Shown here one piece after another: positions 1 to 7,919 of a stretch of DNA of 20,558 bases (position 1 is the stretch's first letter; each line of letters opens with the position of its first letter). A program made the translations under genes and the position numbers. The notes under the pieces were generated by a model, which made no database searches, was not told the DNA's origin, and was given only the letters and a program-made list of their open reading frames with translations. Location of the stretch: the NCBI GenBank assembly GCA_033762295.1, contig JANRLW010000031.1:1-20558 (forward strand), given 5' to 3'. The stretch is from Capsulimonadales bacterium (GTDB lineage: Bacteria > Armatimonadota > Armatimonadia > Armatimonadales > Armatimonadaceae).

Positions 1-1
1 C

Positions 2-64
2 GCGCGTATCGAGCCTTTCGCCCCGATGCCCGGAACGCTTCGGGAGGTGTTGTTCACCCCGTGA
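2..64 (+). CDS. mreC: 3' end of probable rod shape-determining protein MreC (partial)
   Basis: Frame from base 2 reads ARIEPFAPMPGTLREVLFTP* and ends in TGA at 62-64, overlapping the mreD GTG start (GTGA coupling). It resembles an MreC C-terminus, but the call rests mostly on synteny. Confidence 0.55.
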   Translation, partial: ARIEPFAPMPGTLREVLFTP

Positions 65-564
65 ACACCGAAATCGCGGCGCCGCGCCCCCCGGCCCTCC
101 TGTTTTTTCTGCTTCTGCTGCTGATCGCCGCCGGGCTGCAGTCCACGGTGGCCGGAGCGATCCAATACCGGGGGGCGCATCCCGATATCGTTCTGACGGT
201 CGCTCTTTCCGCCGCCCTCCTTTCCGACGCCTCGGTCGGTTGCCTCACCGGGGTCGTCGGCGGTCTGATTTCCGGATCGGTCGTCGGCAAAACCCTGGGG
301 ACTTTCCTGATCTCCCGCGCCCTGGCCGGTTACCTCGCCGGTGCGATCACCACTCGCCTCTACCGGGGAAACGCGGCGGTGATTCTTCTGGGTGTTTTTA
401 TCGGATCGGTCGCCGCCGAAACGATCTACGGATTCTCCGTTCCCCGGTTGACCCTCTCACACTGGATCGGCAACATCCTTCTCGGCGCGGCCATGAACGC
501 CCTGCTGGCTCTGCCAATGAGCTTCCTTCTCCATCGGTTCGGCTGGGGCAACGGCCGGCTTTGA
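61..564 (+). CDS. mreD: rod shape-determining protein MreD
   Basis: 167 aa, very hydrophobic. LQST...GAHPDIVL is an MreD-like N-terminal motif, followed by a G-rich helix (GVVGGLISG). GGGAGG RBS upstream. Confidence 0.8.
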   Translation: MNTEIAAPRPPALLFFLLLLLIAAGLQSTVAGAIQYRGAHPDIVLTVALSAALLSDASVGCLTGVVGGLISGSVVGKTLGTFLISRALAGYLAGAITTRLYRGNAAVILLGVFIGSVAAETIYGFSVPRLTLSHWIGNILLGAAMNALLALPMSFLLHRFGWGNGRL

Positions 565-574
565 ACAACGGATG

Positions 575-604
575 TTGCGAATCATTCCCGCTTTCGGGTA
601 GGAT
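575..604 (+). promoter_or_regulatory. putative sigma70 promoter for the ferredoxin gene
   Basis: TTGCGA (575-580), N18, TAGGAT (599-604) in the mreD-fdx intergenic region. Confidence 0.35.
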
Positions 605-650
605 ATCTTATCCGACCGAAACGGTCGCCATTAATGAAGGTCCGAAAATT

Positions 651-1070
651 ATGGCAGGAACCAATCCGTATATTTCAACACCCGTTATTGAACGGCCCAA
701 AAAACCGTACCGGATCACGATCCGGTTCGAAGGGGAAAGCCGCACCCTGACGGTGGAGCCACGTTCGATCCCCTACGACCGGAGCGGACAGCCCGGTTCG
801 ATCCTCGATATCTGCGAGGGACACGATATCCCGCTGGAACATACCTGCGGTGGGGTCTGCGCCTGTTCCACCTGTCATGTCATCGTTCGAGAAGGTTTTG
901 ACAGCTGTAACGAAGCGACGGACGACGAACTGGACCAGCTTGAGGAAGCGCCCGGTATTACGCGTCTGTCGCGCCTGGGCTGCCAGTGCGTCCCGAACGG
1001 ATCGACGGATGTCATCGTGGAGATTCCGGGATGGAATCGAAACGCCGTCAAGGAGACGCCGCACGATTGA
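651..1070 (+). CDS. fdx: [2Fe-2S] ferredoxin, adrenodoxin/ISC type
   Basis: EHTCGGVCACSTCHVIV (C-X5-C-X2-C) plus SRLGCQ. The likely start is ATG 651 (MAGTNPYI...); the extension to 240 in the ORF track overlaps mreD. Confidence 0.9.
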   Translation: MAGTNPYISTPVIERPKKPYRITIRFEGESRTLTVEPRSIPYDRSGQPGSILDICEGHDIPLEHTCGGVCACSTCHVIVREGFDSCNEATDDELDQLEEAPGITRLSRLGCQCVPNGSTDVIVEIPGWNRNAVKETPHD

Positions 1071-1108
1071 CCGTTCAGGAGCGTTGCCAGAAGAGGTGGA
1101 GAGGTAGT

Positions 1109-1687
1109 ATGCGGATTCGAACCGTTGCTTTTGTCGTTGCTTGCCTGTTTTTTGCGTTCATGGCCGCAGGCTGTCCCTCCGGGGAATCCGCATCGGGGCC
1201 GCCCACGAAACGAACCGCCCTGGCGATTCTCGCACCGAAAGAGACGCTGACGGTGACGCTGCCCGACATCCCTCCGGATGGAAAGATCCCGGACCGTTTC
1301 TCGGCCTACGGCTCGAATGAGACGCCGACGGTCCGCTGGTCCGGGCGACCGGCCAATACGCAGTCCTTCCTGCTCCTCCTCGAGGACCCGGACGCGCCCG
1401 GCGACAAGCCGTATGTCCATTATCTGGTTTATAACCTTCCCTCGACGGCGGAATCGGTCGACGCGCAGCTTCCTCCGCTGGCGCTGATCGGGGCCAATAC
1501 CAACGGTCAGCAGGCGTACTTCGGTCCCCGTCCTCCGTCCGGCAAGCATCGGTACCACTTTCAGGTGTTCGCTCTGAGCAATGTGCTGAACCTGGATGCG
1601 GGGGCCTCCTGGGAGAAGGTTCGGCCCCGCATCGAGGGGTTCGTTCTGGCCGGCGGCGAGGCGGTTGCCACCTACGAAAAGCGCTGA
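1109..1687 (+). CDS. YbhB/YbcL family (PEBP, Raf kinase inhibitor-like) protein, probable lipoprotein
   Basis: LLLEDPDAP and YFGPRPPSGKHRYHFQVFAL are PEBP motifs. The N-terminal signal ends in a lipobox-like AAGC. GAGAGG upstream of ATG 1109. Confidence 0.9.
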   Translation: MRIRTVAFVVACLFFAFMAAGCPSGESASGPPTKRTALAILAPKETLTVTLPDIPPDGKIPDRFSAYGSNETPTVRWSGRPANTQSFLLLLEDPDAPGDKPYVHYLVYNLPSTAESVDAQLPPLALIGANTNGQQAYFGPRPPSGKHRYHFQVFALSNVLNLDAGASWEKVRPRIEGFVLAGGEAVATYEKR

Positions 1688-1727
1688 GAAAGACCTCAGA
1701 AGGACCTGAGAAAGACCTGAGAAGGAA
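1684..1727. repeat. short tandem repeat, 4 x 11 bp
   Basis: CTGAGAAAGAC / CTCAGAAGGAC / CTGAGAAAGAC / CTGAGAAGGAA. The first unit includes the stop codon of the YbhB gene. Confidence 0.8.
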
Positions 1728-1821
1728 AAGAAACACGTATTCGCGAAAGGAATCCGGACCCAAGACGCCCTGCCGGACGGTCCGGGATGGCCTCAATCGA
1801 AAAGGAGCAAGGATTCCCGCT

Positions 1822-2934
1822 ATGGCAGTTCGCCCCGTCACCTTCGGCATTATCGGATGCGGAAACATCAGTAACGCCTACCTCAACGCCGCCAAACGCT
1901 TCCCCGTTATGCATGTCAAAGCCGTCTCCGACATCGTGCTCGAACGCGCGATCGCCAAGGCGGAGGAGCATCAGGTGCCCGTCGCCTGTACGCCGGAACA
2001 GTTGCTGGCCGACCCGGAGATCGAAATCGTCATCAATCTGACCATCCCCGCCGCCCACCACAGCGTCTGCAAAGCCGTACTGGAAGCCGGGAAACACGTA
2101 CATGTCGAGAAGCCTCTTTCCCTGACACGAGAACAGGGGAAGGAACTGGTCGATCTGGCGAAGGAAAAGGGACTGCGATTGGGGTGTGCTCCGGATACCT
2201 TCTTCGGCGGCGGACAGCAGACCGTGCGAAAACTGATCGATGACGGATGGATCGGTCAACCGGTCGCCGCCACCGGGTTCATGATGGGGCGCGGCCCGGA
2301 GGGCTGGCATCCGAACCCGGATTTCTTCTACCAGCCGGGGGGTGGGCCGATGTTCGACATGGGGCCGTACTATCTGACATCGATGATCCACCTGCTCGGG
2401 CCGATCAAGCGCAGTACGGGTTCGGCGCAAAAGTCCTTCCCCGAACGGATCGCGGGGCATCCGGATCAGGCCGGTCGGCGTATTCCGGTCGAAATTCCGA
2501 CCCATATTGCGGGTGTCCTCGATTTCGCCGGCGGAGCGGTCGGCACCCTGATTACCTCGTTCGATGTCTATGCGAACTACCTTCCCCAGCCGATCACGAT
2601 CTACGGCTCGGAAGGCACCCTGATCGTTCCCGATCCCAACTTCTTCGGCGGCGTCGTTCGATACAAATCGCGATTTATGAACGAATTCGCCGATGTTCCG
2701 CTGACGCACGGTCATACGGAGAACGAACGCGGTATCGGGGCGGCGGATATCGCCTATGCGATTCAATCGGGGCGTCCCCACCGCGCTTCGGGCGACCTCG
2801 GCTACCACGTTCTGGAGGCGATGTGGTCCTTCCATGATGCGTCCGAACAGGGACGGCACTATGAAATGCATTCGACGGTCGAACGCCCCGCGCCGCTCGA
2901 TCCCCACCTGCCCGATAACCAGCTGGACGAATAG
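1822..2934 (+). CDS. Gfo/Idh/MocA family NAD(P)-dependent oxidoreductase
   Basis: Rossmann motif GIIGCGNIS, AGKHVHVEKP, GGGPMFDMGPYYL. AAGGAG upstream. Confidence 0.92.
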   Translation: MAVRPVTFGIIGCGNISNAYLNAAKRFPVMHVKAVSDIVLERAIAKAEEHQVPVACTPEQLLADPEIEIVINLTIPAAHHSVCKAVLEAGKHVHVEKPLSLTREQGKELVDLAKEKGLRLGCAPDTFFGGGQQTVRKLIDDGWIGQPVAATGFMMGRGPEGWHPNPDFFYQPGGGPMFDMGPYYLTSMIHLLGPIKRSTGSAQKSFPERIAGHPDQAGRRIPVEIPTHIAGVLDFAGGAVGTLITSFDVYANYLPQPITIYGSEGTLIVPDPNFFGGVVRYKSRFMNEFADVPLTHGHTENERGIGAADIAYAIQSGRPHRASGDLGYHVLEAMWSFHDASEQGRHYEMHSTVERPAPLDPHLPDNQLDE

Positions 2935-2944
2935 GCCGCGCCCT

Positions 2945-2974
2945 CCGCGGGCGGGCAGGTTTCTCCGCCCGCGG
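2945..2974 (+). terminator. GC-rich hairpin downstream of the oxidoreductase (possible terminator, no U-tract)
   Basis: CCGCGGGCGG (2945-2954) and CCGCCCGCGG (2965-2974) form a perfect 10-bp inverted repeat. Confidence 0.45.
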
Positions 2975-2989
2975 TAAAATAAGGGCACC

Positions 2990-5311
2990 ATGACCCGGAA
3001 AACACGACATTTCCCCCTTCTTCTGACCGCGTTCGTCACTCTGCCCGCCTGCGCTCATGAGGAGACCGCCCGCCGTCCGCTTGTCCCCGCCCGCGTTTCC
3101 GAAGGGTCGCCCGAAAAGGCTCGCCCCTCCCGCGACGTGCCCGGCGATACCTGGGCATTCGAGCCGAAGCCGGACAACTTTTCTCCGAACGCGCTGATCG
3201 ATCTGCGTTCGATGAACGAAACAACGGCGGGAGAGTCCGGATTTATCCGGGTTAGCGCGGACGGAGACTTCCTGACCGGTAACGGCAAGCCGATCCGGTT
3301 CTGGGCGGTCGGCACCGATGTCGGCCGGGAAAAGGAGTTTCGCCCCCGCCCTCTGGGCCGGAAAACCGCGCCCGACCTCGCCCGACATGCCCGGTTTCTC
3401 GCCAAACGCGGCGTAAACATGGTCCGATGCCATGCGCAGATCAGCCCCGGTCCCGATCAACTCCCGACCGCCATCAACGAAAACGAGCGTGATTGGATCT
3501 GGCGAACCGTCGCGGCGATGAAAAAGGAAGGGATCTACACCACCATCTCGCCGTACTGGGCCGTACCCCAGAAGTTCGGTCCGAACTGGAAGATTCCCGG
3601 TGGGGCGGACCAGTCCGCTCTGGGATTGCTGTTCTTCGATGAAACCCTGCAGGGGTACTACCGGGAGTGGATGCGGAAACTGCTCGCCGAGAAAAACCCG
3701 TACACCGGCATTCCGCTCGCACAGGACCCGGCGGTCGCCATCCTCTCCCTGCAGAACGAGGACAGTCTCCTCTTCTGGACCGTCAACGGGATCAAAGGCG
3801 AACAGCGGAAACGGCTGGGCCGGAAGTTCGCGGAATGGGTGAAAAAGAAGCGCGGTTCGCTGGAGGCCGCCCTGACCGCCTGGGAGCAGGACACCCTCCC
3901 CGGCGATGACCGTGCGGCAGGCATCCTCGACTTTCACAACATCTGGGAGATGACCCAGGAGCGGACCGGCGGACGGACGGCGCGTCTGGCCGATCAACTG
4001 GCATTCTGGTCCGAAACCATGTACAACTTCCACCGGGACACGGCCGGCTACCTCAGGAACGAACTGGGCTGCAAGCAGGTCATCAATGCCGGGAACTGGA
4101 AGACCGCCGATACCGGCCGCCTGAACGACGCCGAGCGCTGGTCCTATACCGCCAATGAGGTTCTGGCCGTCAACCGGTACTACGGCGGGCTTCATGAGGG
4201 CAAAAACAACGGATGGGCGATCGAAAACGGCGATACCTTTACCTCGCCGTCCCTGCTCAGGGACCCGCTCCCTTTCCCGCTGAACCTCAAGCAGGTGAAA
4301 GGCTTCCCCATGCTGGTGACGGAGTCGAACTGGACGATGCCGACGGGGTACGCGTCCGAAGGTCCGTTCCTGATTTCCGTCTATCAATCGCTGACGGGTA
4401 TTGATGCCTATTACTGGTTTGCCACCGGCGATGACGAATGGACGCCACCGCAATCGGCGAACGGTTATCTTCCGTCCCAGGCAAAATGGCTTTTCGGCAA
4501 CCCGGATATGCTCGGAACGTTCCCGGCGGCCGCCTTGCTGTTTCGCAAGGGGTACGTCCGTCGCGGACAGCCGGTCGTCGCCGAGCAACGCCGACTCGAT
4601 GATCTCTGGCAGCGTCGCCCGCCGATTCTTTCGGAGGAGTCGAGTTTTGACCCGAATCGGGATAGCGGCAGTCTCGCCCCGTCCTCCTCGGTCAAGCGTA
4701 TTCTGCCCCCGGCCACGTTCCTCGCCGGTCCGGCGGAGGTCACCTACGGCGGCGATCCCGCCCGGTCGACGACCGCGGACCTGCCCGGGCTGGTCGATCC
4801 GGAGAATAAGGTCGTTCGCAGCATTACGGGCGAGATCGTCCTGAACTACGGCAAGGGCGTCTGCCGCGTCGACGCGCCGAAAGCGCAGGGAATGGCGGCG
4901 TTCTTTCAGGAGGCCGGCGGTCGACTGGCCACGACCGATCTCGAGGTCACGTCGCAAAACGAGTACGGCCATCTTCTGGCCGTTTCCATGGACGACAGGC
5001 CGCTGAAATCCTCCGGGAAGATTCTGGTGCAGGTCGGGACGCGCTGCCGGCCGACCGATTGGAAGGAAACGCCGACCACGATCGATTCGAATGGCCGGAA
5101 AGTGTCCGGGTTCCGGGTCGAAAACTACGGAAAGGCGCCCTGGCAGGTCGTTTCTCCCAAAATGACGGTCACCCTGCGGAATCCGGGCATCACCCGCGCG
5201 ACCGTTACCGATATGAACGGCAACCCGACCGGCACGGTGCCGTTGTCGAAAGTCACGGGCGGTGTCCGCTTCGAGTTTCCCGGAAAGGCGATGTACGTCG
5301 TATTGCAATAA
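2990..5311 (+). CDS. secreted or lipid-anchored glycoside hydrolase-like protein (clan GH-A, GH5-like TIM barrel)
   Basis: Signal peptide ending LPAC. GDFLTGNGKPIRFWAV, LAKRGVNMVRCH, NPYTGIPLAQDPAVA. Candidate acid/base in LQNEDS and candidate nucleophile in LVTESNW. Confidence 0.7.
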   Translation: MTRKTRHFPLLLTAFVTLPACAHEETARRPLVPARVSEGSPEKARPSRDVPGDTWAFEPKPDNFSPNALIDLRSMNETTAGESGFIRVSADGDFLTGNGKPIRFWAVGTDVGREKEFRPRPLGRKTAPDLARHARFLAKRGVNMVRCHAQISPGPDQLPTAINENERDWIWRTVAAMKKEGIYTTISPYWAVPQKFGPNWKIPGGADQSALGLLFFDETLQGYYREWMRKLLAEKNPYTGIPLAQDPAVAILSLQNEDSLLFWTVNGIKGEQRKRLGRKFAEWVKKKRGSLEAALTAWEQDTLPGDDRAAGILDFHNIWEMTQERTGGRTARLADQLAFWSETMYNFHRDTAGYLRNELGCKQVINAGNWKTADTGRLNDAERWSYTANEVLAVNRYYGGLHEGKNNGWAIENGDTFTSPSLLRDPLPFPLNLKQVKGFPMLVTESNWTMPTGYASEGPFLISVYQSLTGIDAYYWFATGDDEWTPPQSANGYLPSQAKWLFGNPDMLGTFPAAALLFRKGYVRRGQPVVAEQRRLDDLWQRRPPILSEESSFDPNRDSGSLAPSSSVKRILPPATFLAGPAEVTYGGDPARSTTADLPGLVDPENKVVRSITGEIVLNYGKGVCRVDAPKAQGMAAFFQEAGGRLATTDLEVTSQNEYGHLLAVSMDDRPLKSSGKILVQVGTRCRPTDWKETPTTIDSNGRKVSGFRVENYGKAPWQVVSPKMTVTLRNPGITRATVTDMNGNPTGTVPLSKVTGGVRFEFPGKAMYVVLQ

Positions 5312-5353
5312 CCGGCAGGGTTCGTTCCCGTCGGACGCCAATAATACGTTTAT

Positions 5354-6598
5354 ATGCCCGCCGTCGAGTTCGTCCCGGCCCGACCGTCCTCGCTCGTTCG
5401 GGGTTCCTGTCAGTTCGTCATGCCCCTGTTGCTGTCACAGCGCGGCGTCGTCGGCGTCGATTACGATGCCGATGACCTGGACCGCCTGCGCTCGCTGGAG
5501 GGACATCGCCTCCTGCTGACGCCGAACCATCCGACCAACACCGAACCGCTGCTGATGTTTCACCTGTCCTGCATCGTCCGGCAGCCGTTTTTCTACATGG
5601 CGACCCGGGACGCCTTCGACACGTTCTGGGGACTGGGCGGAAGGATCATGTCCGCACTCGGCGCGTTCTCCGTGATGCGCGGCGCGGTCGACCGTGCCTC
5701 CTATCGCGCCGCCCGCGAACTCCTGACCACTCCGAAGGCGAAACTGGTCGTCTTCCCGGAGGGGGAGGTCTACTCCCAGAACGACACCTTGCTCCCCTTC
5801 CACAACGGGATTTTCCAGCTGGCGTTCTGGGCGCAGGAGGATGTCGTCAAGGCGGGCCGGGATGAACCGCTGTATATCCTGCCGGTCGCGCTGAAGTACT
5901 ACTACATCGAGGAGATGGGCACGCAGATCGAAGCATCCCTGCGACGGCTCGCGGACTTCACCGGCGCGGACGTCGGGCCGGGCGATGACACCTACACCCG
6001 CCTGAGAAAGATCGGCTCGGCCATGCTGCTTTCGCTGGAGCGGGAGTATCGCCTGACGCCGGATAACCAGGACCTCGACGACCTGACGACCCGACTCGAT
6101 GCCGTCAAGGAGGCGATTCTGATACGGGTGGCCTCGGCGGCGGGAGTCGCCCTGCCGAAAGGCGAAACGCTGCCCGAGCGGATGCGCAACCTGATCCATG
6201 TCATCGAGACGGTCAGCCGCGACGAGCCGATCGCCAAAACCCCGTACGACACCGAATTGCGCCGCCAGCAGCGGGAACGCGCCCGTCCCCTTCTCCATGA
6301 CCTGCGCCGTCTCTCCAACTGGATCGCCGTCTACGATGGCTATGTCCGCGCCAACCCGACCCCCGAACGGCTCGCCGACACGCTGATCCGGCTGGAACGG
6401 GAGTGTTTCGGCGAGGAGCGTTTGCAGGGCCGACGCAAATGCCGGGTTCGCCTCGGGGCACCGCTGGATATCCGTGAACGCTGGCCCGGCTACGAACGCT
6501 CTCGCCGCGCCGAGGTGATTCGCACGACCCGCGAAACCGAGTCACGCGTCGCCGCGCTTCTCGGCGCCGCGCCGGTCCCCGAGGGGCTGTTCGCATGA
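5354..6598 (+). CDS. PlsC-like (GPAT/LPLAT family) glycerolipid acyltransferase with long C-terminal extension
   Basis: LLLTPNHPTNTEP (block I), GAFSVMRG (block II), VVFPEGE (block III), YILPVALKY (block IV). Confidence 0.85.
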   Translation: MPAVEFVPARPSSLVRGSCQFVMPLLLSQRGVVGVDYDADDLDRLRSLEGHRLLLTPNHPTNTEPLLMFHLSCIVRQPFFYMATRDAFDTFWGLGGRIMSALGAFSVMRGAVDRASYRAARELLTTPKAKLVVFPEGEVYSQNDTLLPFHNGIFQLAFWAQEDVVKAGRDEPLYILPVALKYYYIEEMGTQIEASLRRLADFTGADVGPGDDTYTRLRKIGSAMLLSLEREYRLTPDNQDLDDLTTRLDAVKEAILIRVASAAGVALPKGETLPERMRNLIHVIETVSRDEPIAKTPYDTELRRQQRERARPLLHDLRRLSNWIAVYDGYVRANPTPERLADTLIRLERECFGEERLQGRRKCRVRLGAPLDIRERWPGYERSRRAEVIRTTRETESRVAALLGAAPVPEGLFA

Positions 6599-6632
6599 GC
6601 ACGCGGAAAACGTCGACGGGACGGGGGAACTG

Positions 6633-7901
6633 GTGAGGCTTTCGCAGACGATCCGGTGGCGATTGCGGATTCGAGAGGCCATACGGGAACGACTGGGCGT
6701 ACCGCGCGTCACCCGCCACTCGCTCGCCTGGGACATGGCGGCCGGCGTCTGCGCCGGGGTGTTCATGGGCATGACCATGCCGTTCCTGACCAAGATCGCC
6801 CGGGGGGAGCTTCAATCCTCGCAGAACGCCATCGCCCTGATGGTGGCCGCGCCGTTTATCGGGAATTTGTTCTCCCCGTTCTGGGCCCGTCAGATGGAGG
6901 GTCGTGAGAAGATTCCGTTCTGCCTGTACTCCTGGAGCGCGGCGCGCGGTCTGCTGTTGCTGATGCCTCTGGCTTCGACCGGCCCCCTCTTCGTTCTGCT
7001 GATCACCTTGATGCAGATCATCGGCACGGTCGCCTCGCCCGCCTATACCAGCATCATGCGCGACATCTACCCGGATTCGGCGCGTGGCCGCCTGATGGGG
7101 TACGTTCGCGTCTGCCTGCAGGCGGCGATGTTCCTGGCGACCCTGATTACCGGGAGGCTGCTCGACAGCGGCGTTTCGTACCGGATGATGTTCCCCGTGG
7201 CGGGACTCTTCGGGATCGGCGCGGCCCTCGCGTTCCGTCACGTTCGCGCCCTGCCGCGTTCGGAAAGCCCGTCCTCTCCGGTCGTCCCGGCGGATTCCGG
7301 CAGGTTTCTTTTCGCCACCATTCGTATCCTGCGAGAAAACCGCCCGTATCGTTACTTCGCCCTTTCGGTTTTCGTGTACGGCTTCGCCAACCTGATGGTT
7401 CAGCCGCTGTACGGCCTGTATCAGGTCGATGTACTGCATATCTCCTCGACGCAGATCGCCAACCTCACCAATGTCGCGTCGCTCTGCGCCATTGCGGGAG
7501 CGTTCTTCTGGGGCCGGTTCATGGACCGGCACGGTCCGCCGACCACGGTGATGTGTAGCATCACCCTGATCGCCCTGATTCCGATCCTCTATCTGACGGT
7601 CCATCGGGTGGAGGGGTTGTTTCTGGCCGCCATTCTCTCCGGTCTGGGTTTCGCCGGGATCGAACTTTCCTACCTGTCGAGCATCCTGCTGTACGCGGAC
7701 CGGGAGCGGACGGCCCAGTACCAGTCGCTCCACTCGCTTCTCCTCGGCATTCGCGGAGTGATCGCCCCCCTTCTCGGCATCCCTTTGATCACGGCATTCG
7801 GTTATCCGCCGGTCTTTCTGGGCGCTCTCGTCTTCATGTTGATCGGCGCGGCGCTTCAGTGGTTCGCCGTCCGCGCCGGTTCCCGTTCGGCGTCCGCGTA
7901 G
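6633..7901 (+). CDS. MFS transporter
   Basis: 422 aa with about 12 hydrophobic segments in two halves. WGRFMDRHGP is motif A-like; DIYPDSARGRLMG. Confidence 0.85.
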   Translation: MRLSQTIRWRLRIREAIRERLGVPRVTRHSLAWDMAAGVCAGVFMGMTMPFLTKIARGELQSSQNAIALMVAAPFIGNLFSPFWARQMEGREKIPFCLYSWSAARGLLLLMPLASTGPLFVLLITLMQIIGTVASPAYTSIMRDIYPDSARGRLMGYVRVCLQAAMFLATLITGRLLDSGVSYRMMFPVAGLFGIGAALAFRHVRALPRSESPSSPVVPADSGRFLFATIRILRENRPYRYFALSVFVYGFANLMVQPLYGLYQVDVLHISSTQIANLTNVASLCAIAGAFFWGRFMDRHGPPTTVMCSITLIALIPILYLTVHRVEGLFLAAILSGLGFAGIELSYLSSILLYADRERTAQYQSLHSLLLGIRGVIAPLLGIPLITAFGYPPVFLGALVFMLIGAALQWFAVRAGSRSASA

Positions 7902-7919
7902 AGACGGTAGAATCATGTC

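Noticed and set aside
240..650. N-terminal extension of the ferredoxin ORF in the track
   Set aside because: It overlaps mreD in another frame and is Arg/Pro-rich. Ferredoxin-like sequence begins at ATG 651.
986..1108. N-terminal extension of the YbhB ORF
   Set aside because: It overlaps fdx. The RBS and signal peptide point to ATG 1109.
1684..1727. Possible CRISPR array
   Set aside because: Units are 11 bp with no spacers, and no cas genes are present.
2675..5341. 888-aa minus-strand ORF, and similar long antisense ORFs (1696-3039, 6213-7916, 7923-9569, 14871-16025, 17589-19406)
   Set aside because: They lie opposite well-supported genes and have no recognisable motifs. Such shadow ORFs are expected from high-GC codon bias.
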